Below are positions 56,505-64,000 of a stretch of DNA of 64,000 bases, piece after piece; positions within the stretch are counted from its first letter, which is position 1, and the number at the start of each line of letters is the position of its first letter. The notes under the pieces are model-generated. The model was given only the letters and a program-made list of their open reading frames with translations. It ran no database searches and was not told the DNA's origin. The stretch is from IMG/VR virus record IMGVR_UViG_3300025684_000012; one strand, given 5' to 3'. The translations under genes and the position numbers were made by a program. Source of the stretch: a virus.

Positions 56505-57087
56505 TGTTTACTCTCCGTAATGCGTCGAGCGGAGCTTCCCAATCCCACTTAGGTTTCTTGAGAAGTAATTCTGCACCTGCAGACTGCAGTGCATTAGCGC
56601 TACGCAGAGCACTATCACGATCAGCTTCTAGGAATCCTGAATTACGTTCATGCTCGAACACCTTGACCTTCTCCACGAACACACGGTTATCAGTCTTCCA
56701 CATAATATAGTGGTTAACGTGCTCCCATATGAACAACGAAGACATCTCCATCGATACACCACTAGGCAAGATGCGCAGCTCAGCCAGAGGACCACCTGGT
56801 TGAGCAGCACCCTCGATATTAGACAACCGAGGATCATCAGCAGGCAACACCGTAACATGATCGAAGTAATATTCCAAGAACTCCTTAACCGGTTTGAGGT
56901 CTGGGCCGAACGGAAAGATCCATCCGTGTTCATCAACCTGACCGCTAAACGTTAGTTCAACTGATCTATCGTAACCATGAATAGATGCGCAATGTCCTGG
57001 AGTACCATCAGGGTTAGTATCGAACCACTGAGCATGCCCACAGGGCAGGTTCAGGAACTTCTTAACACTTTTAATTTCAATAGCCAT
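56494..57087 (-). CDS. queD: 6-carboxytetrahydropterin synthase
   Basis: H.Q, CASIHGY, FDH..V...DDP, V.EHE.NS. Confidence 0.88.
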   Translation of the reverse strand: MAIEIKSVKKFLNLPCGHAQWFDTNPDGTPGHCASIHGYDRSVELTFSGQVDEHGWIFPFGPDLKPVKEFLEYYFDHVTVLPADDPRLSNIEGAAQPGGPLAELRILPSGVSMEMSSLFIWEHVNHYIMWKTDNRVFVEKVKVFEHERNSGFLEADRDSALRSANALQSAGAELLLKKPKWDWEAPLDALRRVNNDS

Positions 57088-57096
57088 TTTCTTATC

Positions 57097-57648
57097 CTAT
57101 ATACTTTCTTGTTCAGAGTAATCACCAAACGCTTTGTTTGGTTGCTCCCACCAGAAGCACAGGTCCTGTACTTCATTGTCATAATAATCCCCGACGAGAT
57201 CACACTTAAAAATGCTATGCGCGTTTTCAAATAGACTTACTGTCAGAATATTATCGTATTGTACACCAAGAGATACTAATTCGTCAACAAGCCATCCGTA
57301 GTTTCTTCCAGATATTACGCCAGCTTCGCATAGAATAAATTTAGTGTACTTGCTACCATCATAGTTGGCTGATATGTGTTTCCATGTATCACGCAATCGC
57401 TCTTTGTAGAACTCAGGGTCTTCGCCTGGATCAGGTACATGGATACTATCGCTGTACATAGCCACCCCTTGAGTGGATAGACCGTGCGAAATGATGGTTG
57501 AAGCTATCCCCGAGAAGTCAGGAGAAACGGTCAGCATTAATGTGTTTTCAGCATCCATAAACTTAGGGTACTTACGTTTGATCTGGTACACTAGTTTCTG
57601 AGCCATAGCCGTTTCAACTGGCTGACTTATAAAGTGCAGCCGCCTCAT
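57097..57648 (-). CDS. Divergent type I phosphoribosyltransferase
   Basis: VSPDFS, FILCEAGVISGRNY (degenerate PRPP loop), C-terminal FWWE. Confidence 0.6.
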   Translation of the reverse strand: MRRLHFISQPVETAMAQKLVYQIKRKYPKFMDAENTLMLTVSPDFSGIASTIISHGLSTQGVAMYSDSIHVPDPGEDPEFYKERLRDTWKHISANYDGSKYTKFILCEAGVISGRNYGWLVDELVSLGVQYDNILTVSLFENAHSIFKCDLVGDYYDNEVQDLCFWWEQPNKAFGDYSEQESI

Positions 57649-58097
57649 GATACCTTCTCCCACGGCATGACCACCCAACGTGGGTCATCTAGTCGTAAAG
57701 CGGTTACATCAACTCGCGTCCTGCTATCAACCTTCTCTACTAGAGTAGCAAATGTGATATTAGGGTTCTCACAGATATCGTATCCATAAGCGGTCCGTAA
57801 CTGCTCGACCGTAGTGCCCGTATCGTTGATGTCATCAACAAATACAACATGCTTTCCATCGAGTATAGAGTCTTTAATTTCTTGGTTGTGCTCTTGGCAT
57901 TGCCCATCACGAGTCTGCCACGTAATCACTTCCATGGGACGTTCGAGCTCATGTGATAAATGTAATGCCGGAACAATACCACCACGTTTGATTCCGACAA
58001 TCAAATCAACATGGCGCGTCTCTAGATGATAAGCTAGGTGCTTGACCATCGTGAGTATATCGTCATAGTCGAGTGTTATACGGTTCTTTAACTTCAT
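57645..58097 (-). CDS. Purine phosphoribosyltransferase (Gpt/HGPRT-like)
   Basis: GIKRGG..PA, VFVDDINDTGTT, WVVMPWE. Confidence 0.9.
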   Translation of the reverse strand: MKLKNRITLDYDDILTMVKHLAYHLETRHVDLIVGIKRGGIVPALHLSHELERPMEVITWQTRDGQCQEHNQEIKDSILDGKHVVFVDDINDTGTTVEQLRTAYGYDICENPNITFATLVEKVDSRTRVDVTALRLDDPRWVVMPWEKVS

Positions 58098-58098
58098 A

Positions 58099-59001
58099 CT
58101 ATGTTCCTATTGCATTACCAAATAAATACGTGTGTACGCGAGCAGATACGTTATATCCCCGCTCAAACGCCTTGACGGCCACATCACCAGCTGAAGCTAA
58201 CTGCTCCTCTTCTCTGGCACCTGTAGGCATCACCCAAATGGGATAATCTACAAGTTGTTCACGGAATAAGTCGATAACCTCTTCCATATCAACCCACTGC
58301 TCTTCTGGCGCACCAACCACGAACTTTAGCTGGCCCTTATCAGTCAACCTAGCATACTCAGCCACATACTCTGGCTTGATAGCTCTACTCCTCTTCTCAC
58401 CCGCCACTGTCCACAATTTAGGACTAACAGATAAGAATAGCTCGATACCCTGATCCTGGAAGTACTGCCAAGCTTCAATGAATTCACTGGTCAGCTTCTG
58501 AGTACCGTTGGTCTCATACGTTACAGAAGCTGGAGCGTTATCATCCTCTAGAAACAGACGTATGATATCAATCGAGTTCTGCTGAGCATGTTTCATTAAA
58601 GGTTCACCACCCGTAAAACACATATGCATATGTTGCTTCGAGCGAGGATGCATGAATAATCCTTCCGGATTAGACTCTGTGCGCAAACAGTCCTGTAGGC
58701 GCTGCTTAATCTGTTCGGGGGTCCCCTCTTGCATCAGGTGTCGGAACTTCTTCGACCACGTGTAGGACGAGTCGCATCCTTTCTCAAAAACCGGTAGATC
58801 TTCTACACGTGAGATATCGGTGATATCGATACGCTCATATGGTAGGTCGTAGGTTTCAGGTTTAGTTGGCTCATCCTGGCCGAATCCGTCACATTGCAGG
58901 TTACACAAAAAGTATCTCAGCCATAGCGTAGGCACACCTGTGTAATTTCCTTCACCTTGAATGGAGTTAAATATCTCACTATAGCGAGTGGATCTAGACA
59001 T
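58099..59001 (-). CDS. queE: 7-carboxy-7-deazaguanine synthase
   Basis: EIF.SIQGEG, CNLQC..(insert)..CDS, TGGEPL, ETNG, SPKL, R.H..LFGN..GT. Confidence 0.93.
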   Translation of the reverse strand: MSRSTRYSEIFNSIQGEGNYTGVPTLWLRYFLCNLQCDGFGQDEPTKPETYDLPYERIDITDISRVEDLPVFEKGCDSSYTWSKKFRHLMQEGTPEQIKQRLQDCLRTESNPEGLFMHPRSKQHMHMCFTGGEPLMKHAQQNSIDIIRLFLEDDNAPASVTYETNGTQKLTSEFIEAWQYFQDQGIELFLSVSPKLWTVAGEKRSRAIKPEYVAEYARLTDKGQLKFVVGAPEEQWVDMEEVIDLFREQLVDYPIWVMPTGAREEEQLASAGDVAVKAFERGYNVSARVHTYLFGNAIGT

Positions 59002-59449
59002 AATATTTCTCCGTTATGATATCAAAATACGCATCGGTTATCGGTTTCCCACGATACTTGTAGAATTCTCGCTTTTCGTTAATACGATACAAAATACGTT
59101 CCAAATTAATTCCATGGTCCCTACTAACAGGAGACCAATCCTTATATAATACAGCATCGAACACATTCCAGTCAACTACTCTTTCATCTGGCTTGATGTC
59201 ATAACCACGAGCTTTTAGCTCATCGATCAGTTGGTGCCACCGCTGATGCAACCATTTACCTTTATTGTAGAAGAAGGTAACGTGTCCTTTGTTGAGAGTG
59301 TATTTAGCAGGTATGTTATCCAACACCAATCCCTTCTTGCTGGCCTTAGACCGCCTAAGAGAAGCGTGTACCATAGGAAGCTCACGGTACTCGGCCATAA
59401 GATGTTGATCAGTTAATGTTGTGACGTCGATTGTATTGATGCGTGTCAT
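58994..59449 (-). CDS. denV: Endonuclease V, pyrimidine-dimer DNA glycosylase
   Basis: MTRIN......L.DQHLMAEYRELP, L..GHV.FFYNK. Confidence 0.93.
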   Translation of the reverse strand: MTRINTIDVTTLTDQHLMAEYRELPMVHASLRRSKASKKGLVLDNIPAKYTLNKGHVTFFYNKGKWLHQRWHQLIDELKARGYDIKPDERVVDWNVFDAVLYKDWSPVSRDHGINLERILYRINEKREFYKYRGKPITDAYFDIITEKYYV

Positions 59450-59892
59450 TACTTACACGCTCCGTAAACAACCTCTTCGAGTGCGTACGCCTCAATTTCC
59501 CATGGGTGTTCAGCATAGGGTACACCAACGTATGCTTTACCATCGAAGATTTGTTTGGTGGTTAGCTGTTGAGAACCGTCTTGTCCTTTGCGGAATACAA
59601 ATCCCTTATTGACTAAACGGCCTTCAGCTAGCTGACGCGCGTGAACCATTTCGTGAGCAATATTAATCATTAGATCCTTAGTGGGGACTTTACCAGCTCG
59701 ATCATTGCGTGCAATTTCGATGCAAACGTGATCCTCATCGCCATTCGCATAACCACCAGCACCAGCAGCACACTCTTTGACTATTTCAACATCAACGAGA
59801 GCATCGAACGCGTCTAACTGTAAATAGTCATATACGCGCTCAATGTATGCGATCAAGCTCTTGCTTTGTGTTCCAATAATATCTAGATTCAT
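59449..59892 (-). CDS. HExxH metallopeptidase-like protein
   Basis: AHEMVHARQ ... PWEIEAY. Confidence 0.7.
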   Translation of the reverse strand: MNLDIIGTQSKSLIAYIERVYDYLQLDAFDALVDVEIVKECAAGAGGYANGDEDHVCIEIARNDRAGKVPTKDLMINIAHEMVHARQLAEGRLVNKGFVFRKGQDGSQQLTTKQIFDGKAYVGVPYAEHPWEIEAYALEEVVYGACK

Positions 59893-60036
59893 AATATATC
59901 TCCAAACTGATTCAATACAAGCTGGGAAATCACGTAGGAATTATTACCAATTTTCGAAAATTTCCAACTTATAAGGAATTATACCGCAGTATGTTGAAAT
60001 AGTCAACAAAAGGATTGGGGGGAGGGATAGGAAAGG

Positions 60037-60247
60037 TTCCCTACGGAGCATGGAGATTGACATTAAGTTGTTGGCTGACGGTGATGATGTTTGCTTGGAC
60101 TTTGCCTGAGTCCAGACTGCGATAAAAATACTACGCTGGTGGGCTGCAGTTTACAAACATTGCGCTGTTCGCGATTTTTTGAATCGCCGGACATTTTTAA
60201 GCGCTCGTCATATTGGTCTAATGTTTCTCCATGCTCCTCGTAGGGAA
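60037..60247 (+). ncRNA. Candidate structured non-coding RNA (about 210 nt)
   Basis: Terminal 20/22-nt inverted repeat enclosing several nested helices; G-U pairs favour the + strand. Confidence 0.5.
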
Positions 60248-60257
60248 TATCATTGTA

Positions 60258-60333
60258 TGGTGGAGTCAGAGGGAATCAAACCCACGACCTTCTGCGTGCA
60301 AGGCAGACGCTCTCTCAACTGAGCTATGACCCC
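60258..60333 (-). tRNA. tRNA-Ala(UGC)
   Basis: GGGGTCA/TGACTCC acceptor with G3:U70; anticodon arm TCTGC-CTTGCAC-GCAGA; encoded CCA; 76 nt. Confidence 0.95.
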
Positions 60334-60352
60334 GTTAACTATACCTATTTAG

Positions 60353-60613
60353 CTATAGCTTAATTGCTAGTAATATGAAGATCCCGAATAGTATCAAATT
60401 AGTAAAAAATATTAATACAGCGAGTATTGTGTGGTACCATATCCACCGCGTCTTGTATGCGTTTTCTAATGAAAGGTCATCCGGATCTATTTCCGACTCC
60501 ATTGTTGGAAGAGTGTGCATTATTGCTTGATCCACCTGGTTCTTCTCAACTGGAGTGTTAAACAAATTTAAAAATTTCTGCCATAAACTCATAACTTTCT
60601 GCCATAAACTCAT
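60353..60613 (-). CDS. Membrane protein
   Basis: C-terminal TM; ENAYKTRWIWYHTILA. Confidence 0.65.
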   Translation of the reverse strand: MSLWQKVMSLWQKFLNLFNTPVEKNQVDQAIMHTLPTMESEIDPDDLSLENAYKTRWIWYHTILAVLIFFTNLILFGIFILLAIKL

Positions 60614-60617
60614 AACG

Positions 60618-60920
60618 TTACCACTCTCTTAGTATAGTACTAAGAATCATGAATCCCGATACCGTGTTTAACATAATCAGCGCGCGATCTTTCCATATAA
60701 CAGACACCCATGTCCATAGTATGATTCCAACAAACCCTATTGTTAGGTCATACATTCGGAATTCTGGACCAGCAGCTCGCATCGCCAACGATGCCAATAC
60801 AAATATCGACGCGATCCATTTAAGGTACCAATCGAAGTCTTCAGGATACCAGTTACGATCGGGCTTTGTACGGCCGTCAGCTCTTACTGTTGGATCTCCA
60901 CGACCAGCCTTAGGTGCCAT
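60618..60920 (-). CDS. Small membrane protein (3 TM)
   Basis: DWYLKW.AS, W.DRALI.LN; start after AAGGA. Confidence 0.7.
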   Translation of the reverse strand: MAPKAGRGDPTVRADGRTKPDRNWYPEDFDWYLKWIASIFVLASLAMRAAGPEFRMYDLTIGFVGIILWTWVSVIWKDRALIMLNTVSGFMILSTILREW

Positions 60921-60975
60921 ATTTAAATCCTTTCTTAAAGAAGTCATTATACTACCAAATCGCCACTATGTCAAC

Positions 60976-61009
60976 AAATAGGCGGGGGGATTCGAAAATC
61001 CCCCCTATT
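60976..61009. terminator. Hairpin terminator abutting early promoter
   Basis: GGGGGATT-CGAA-AATCCCCC with flanking AAATAG/CTATTT. Confidence 0.75.
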
Positions 61010-61297
61010 TATCACTACTGAGCATAGATGTCAAAATCATCGACAGTATCGCAATGGCTCTCAATCGAAAGCACACTAGGATCCCGTTCTAAATCTTGAA
61101 CAAATACATAAGCTGTGTGGGGGGAAGCAAAACTTCTCACCATAGGCTCTGCAAAGTTATCATCACGAACGTACCGCACAATTATGATCTCCATAATAGT
61201 TTACTCCGTTGATGATTAGAACTCAGTTCAAGTCAGTTAGATTAATGCATTGGTGAGGCAATAAAGAAGAATAGCGACCCTCTTATTTATACGCCTC

Positions 61298-62728
61298 TTA
61301 CTCACACCCCAAGTCTATCCGAGAGCTGTAATCGTCATTAATTCGACACTTACCACTTGGCAAAGTGGCGGGCTCATACCGCTTCAAATCCGGGTCTGTT
61401 AGCGACACTTCAAGGAAAGACGTCAGCCAGTTTATTTCATCCTCTGTCAGATTGAGTGGTACAAAGCGCGGATCTAAGTTATCTATATGCTTTTGTGTTA
61501 CCGCATAGTTCTTGTATGAAACAACCTCGCGCACATTGTTAAATGAATTACCGTGACCGAGGAAGTCTGATTGAACTATATTGTACAGAGGTGGAATCTT
61601 GAACTTATAGTTATCCTGTTCATCCCCTGTAAATCCACCACGGCCCAGCCTATCCGCATCTTTAACCTCACCGACGATCACGTTGTAAGCGTCAAGATCA
61701 GAGAACCCTATAGCCATGAACATCTGGTCTGCCGTAGCATTAACTGGAGACGATAATGCTGGACCACTATGACAACCTGCACATTTACCCTTACCGAAGA
61801 ATACTTTAGCACCAGCTATTTCTTCTTCACTCATAGCTTCCTTATCCCCTTTCAACCACCGTTGGAACGGAGCCTGGTTGGATAAAATTGTTCGCTCGAA
61901 TGCTGCAACAGAAAGCGCTGCAATATCGTGGAGTGTACGTTCTTCGAAGTCGGGACTATCTTCAACAGCTTTGCTGACAAGTTGCTTGTACTGGTCATTG
62001 GTAGTTAGGAGTGAACTTTCGCCCATCCACATTCTGTGAACAATGGTACCAGCAATCGCCTGAGACTCTATACCTGAAAATCCTCGTTCATTAACAGTTT
62101 TCGGTGTACCTGCAGTCAGCAGTTTCTCGGGGTCAACTGTAGCGTTAACAGATCCTTGAGAGTTGCCAAACTGACCATTCCACAGCATAACATCCTGAAA
62201 CGCTACATTTAAGATAGTGGGAGATGAATTCGGCTGATGGTCAACAAGAGTCTGATCTGCGAGATTAAACGCAGGCATTCTCATCTCGCCTCTCCAACCA
62301 TACCCCTCACCGCCGTCACCGATACCCTGGGCGTTGCCAGATTTAAATCCAGCACCAGCTTGGTGACACGATGCACATGACCATGTACCTGGACGTCCAG
62401 TCAGACCAGGCATAGTCAATCCGGTGTCATGATATAACATCTTTCCCAATTCAACTTTGCTAGCGTTGATCGGGTTGAGAGGATCCTGTGGAATCTTATC
62501 GTATTGATCACTGTCTGGAATGATAAACGCTGACAAGGTACCATCAGGAGATGCTAGCTTAATCAGCTCTTCAAGCTGAGGTTGTGGGGGGCTGACAGTG
62601 GTATTATTAGTACCAGACGATGCAATCGCCGCTATATCTGCGACGTTATTTTCTGCCCCACCACCACATGCGGTGACAGTTAGAGCAGCCAGCATAGCTG
62701 TTAACGGTTTTATCTTCATTGTATACAC
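61298..62728 (-). CDS. Di-haem cytochrome c peroxidase / MauG-family lipoprotein
   Basis: Lipobox VTAC; haem motifs CASCH and CAGCH; LG..L..D, P.ILN, FK.P.L.N. Confidence 0.88.
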   Translation of the reverse strand: MYTMKIKPLTAMLAALTVTACGGGAENNVADIAAIASSGTNNTTVSPPQPQLEELIKLASPDGTLSAFIIPDSDQYDKIPQDPLNPINASKVELGKMLYHDTGLTMPGLTGRPGTWSCASCHQAGAGFKSGNAQGIGDGGEGYGWRGEMRMPAFNLADQTLVDHQPNSSPTILNVAFQDVMLWNGQFGNSQGSVNATVDPEKLLTAGTPKTVNERGFSGIESQAIAGTIVHRMWMGESSLLTTNDQYKQLVSKAVEDSPDFEERTLHDIAALSVAAFERTILSNQAPFQRWLKGDKEAMSEEEIAGAKVFFGKGKCAGCHSGPALSSPVNATADQMFMAIGFSDLDAYNVIVGEVKDADRLGRGGFTGDEQDNYKFKIPPLYNIVQSDFLGHGNSFNNVREVVSYKNYAVTQKHIDNLDPRFVPLNLTEDEINWLTSFLEVSLTDPDLKRYEPATLPSGKCRINDDYSSRIDLGCE

Positions 62729-62813
62729 TCACTTTATTCATCATATATTATACTTTAACACTGGGCCATTATACCATACCGCACACCATAAGTAAACGTT
62801 TGATCAAAAATAA

Positions 62814-62981
62814 TTACTTACCGCGAGCAGCTCCGCGGTCAATACGCTTCCCACCGCGTGAGCGTGTAGCTTTAACGTTACCTGGGACGGGTGCTTGGCC
62901 GTTGTATACGTTACCTGCAATCTTCTCTTGACTGTTTCGCTTGTTCTCGAGTGACGCTTTCATTAATTCCTTTAACTTCAT
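62814..62981 (-). CDS. Small basic protein (55 aa; not in ORF track)
   Basis: MKLKELMKASLENK...RGAARGK; AAGGA RBS. Confidence 0.5.
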   Translation of the reverse strand: MKLKELMKASLENKRNSQEKIAGNVYNGQAPVPGNVKATRSRGGKRIDRGAARGK

Positions 62982-63002
62982 AGCAATTTCCTTAGTTTAT
63001 GA

Positions 63003-63242
63003 TTATTGCAACTCTTCGACTAATATACACACATATCCTCTGTCACCGGTAACATATATTGTGTATTCGTAATTTTCTATATGAGTATACATAGGATCAC
63101 TGCTGACATCTTTAGCTGCCCACGCAATCGCATCCACATAGTCTGCATATACGTTGACTACAGCTCCATCATGATCCACGATGACATACACGACAGGGTT
63201 GTCTAGATTCCTACCGGAGTCTACCGACCGTAATTCTCCCAT
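63003..63242 (-). CDS. Hypothetical protein
   Basis: AAGGA RBS. Confidence 0.55.
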   Translation of the reverse strand: MGELRSVDSGRNLDNPVVYVIVDHDGAVVNVYADYVDAIAWAAKDVSSDPMYTHIENYEYTIYVTGDRGYVCILVEELQ

Positions 63243-63459
63243 TCCTTATTTCCCGCATACTAAGGGTATATGATACACCATTAGTTTATTATTGACAAGG
63301 TTTATTTGGTCTTCGTTTGTGCTTGGTATTCTCTCTTGAGCCACCACTTGTATGTATTGAAATACTCTGTAGACGTTTTGAATGACCTTTCTCTTATAAT
63401 GTCAGACTCGTCTAAGTACTCATACCATTTCTGCATACACCAGTATCTAAATTGCATGG

Positions 63460-63933
63460 TTATTTGTCCTCTTTGTAGAAAATATGATCGCCGATTGTTC
63501 CTATCAATCTCATATTACGATTCCATCTAGGGTCTACGTATTGGGTGTGATAGTGGTTGGCCCCTTCAGTAATCCCGCGGAACCGTCCATCATGTATAAT
63601 ACTCTTAGACACTTCCACTGCACGGAACCAAGCATCTCTTTCGGTAGGCACATCAGACTTTCCGTCACAGTACCAACTAAAATGACATTTATTCCTAACC
63701 GGATGGCCGTCCCACATTTGCGCTTGGTATATGACCCCGCAAATAGTCGAAGGGAAGCGTTTAGATTCGACCCTGTTTAATACTACATCTGCGACAGCAT
63801 ACTGCCCTGCTAGGCTTTCTGAGCGCGCTTCATGGTATACGTTGAGCGCTAGGCAGTACTCTTGATTATTTATAATATCAGCCTGGCTGGTGTGGGGTAA
63901 TAGAAATAAAGCGGCAGCTAGAAAACTCTTCAT
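63460..63933 (-). CDS. Cell wall hydrolase (SleB / Hydrolase_2)
   Basis: CLALNVYHEARSE, VA.VVLNRV....FP..IC.V..Q, C.FSWYCDGK, IG.HIFY. Confidence 0.92.
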   Translation of the reverse strand: MKSFLAAALFLLPHTSQADIINNQEYCLALNVYHEARSESLAGQYAVADVVLNRVESKRFPSTICGVIYQAQMWDGHPVRNKCHFSWYCDGKSDVPTERDAWFRAVEVSKSIIHDGRFRGITEGANHYHTQYVDPRWNRNMRLIGTIGDHIFYKEDK

Positions 63934-64000
63934 AACGATATCCTCTCTCAGTTCGTTAATACGAGTATACCATAGTCTTAGAGCGAAGTAAACAAAAAAA

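Noticed and set aside
55577-59001. Queuosine tRNA-modification or folate auxiliary pathway
   Set aside because: No queF/queA/queG or other fol genes in the window; linkage to DpdA-like and DpdL-like genes favours DNA modification, though the alternative is not excluded
60037-60333. tmRNA or retron msr-msd interpretation of the structured element
   Set aside because: No convincing tag ORF or tmRNA ends; the tRNA-Ala is complete and on the other strand; no reverse transcriptase in the window

Overview
64-kb segment of a T4-like (large myovirus) phage genome, probably aquatic; the host cannot be determined from this window. Most genes are on the minus strand. 1-15 kb: tail and baseplate module (partial coiled-coil fibre with a gp9/gp10-type N-terminus, gp7-like, gp6, gp25, gp5, hub, gp53, gp48, gp4, gp2, gp54-like, gp26, gp51, tape-measure-like). 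15-19 kb: gp32, 2OG-Fe(II) oxygenase, gp33 and small early genes. 19-31 kb: a glycosyltransferase / carbamoyltransferase / radical-SAM cluster that starts at a T4 late promoter, plus holin-like, GroES, M15 endolysin and PhoH genes. 33-38 kb: QueC-like, GIY-YIG, nrdB and nrdA fused to glutaredoxin. 38-46 kb: late operon of proteins with N-termini resembling the T4 capsid-targeting sequence, including an HxGH nucleotidyltransferase and a ligase-motif protein. 50-59 kb: 7-deazaguanine DNA-modification locus (queE, two phosphoribosyltransferases, queD, folE, DpdL-like, DpdA/TGT-like, kinases, dUTPase-family, nucleases). Then tRNA-Ala(UGC), an adjacent structured non-coding element, a di-haem cytochrome c peroxidase lipoprotein and a SleB hydrolase. 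Main leads: a possible pre-replicative deazaguanine-nucleotide pathway, a -1 frameshift joining gp26 to gp51, virion-packaged enzymes, probable virion glycosylation and three candidate structured RNAs. All calls come from motif recognition by eye; no database searches were run.
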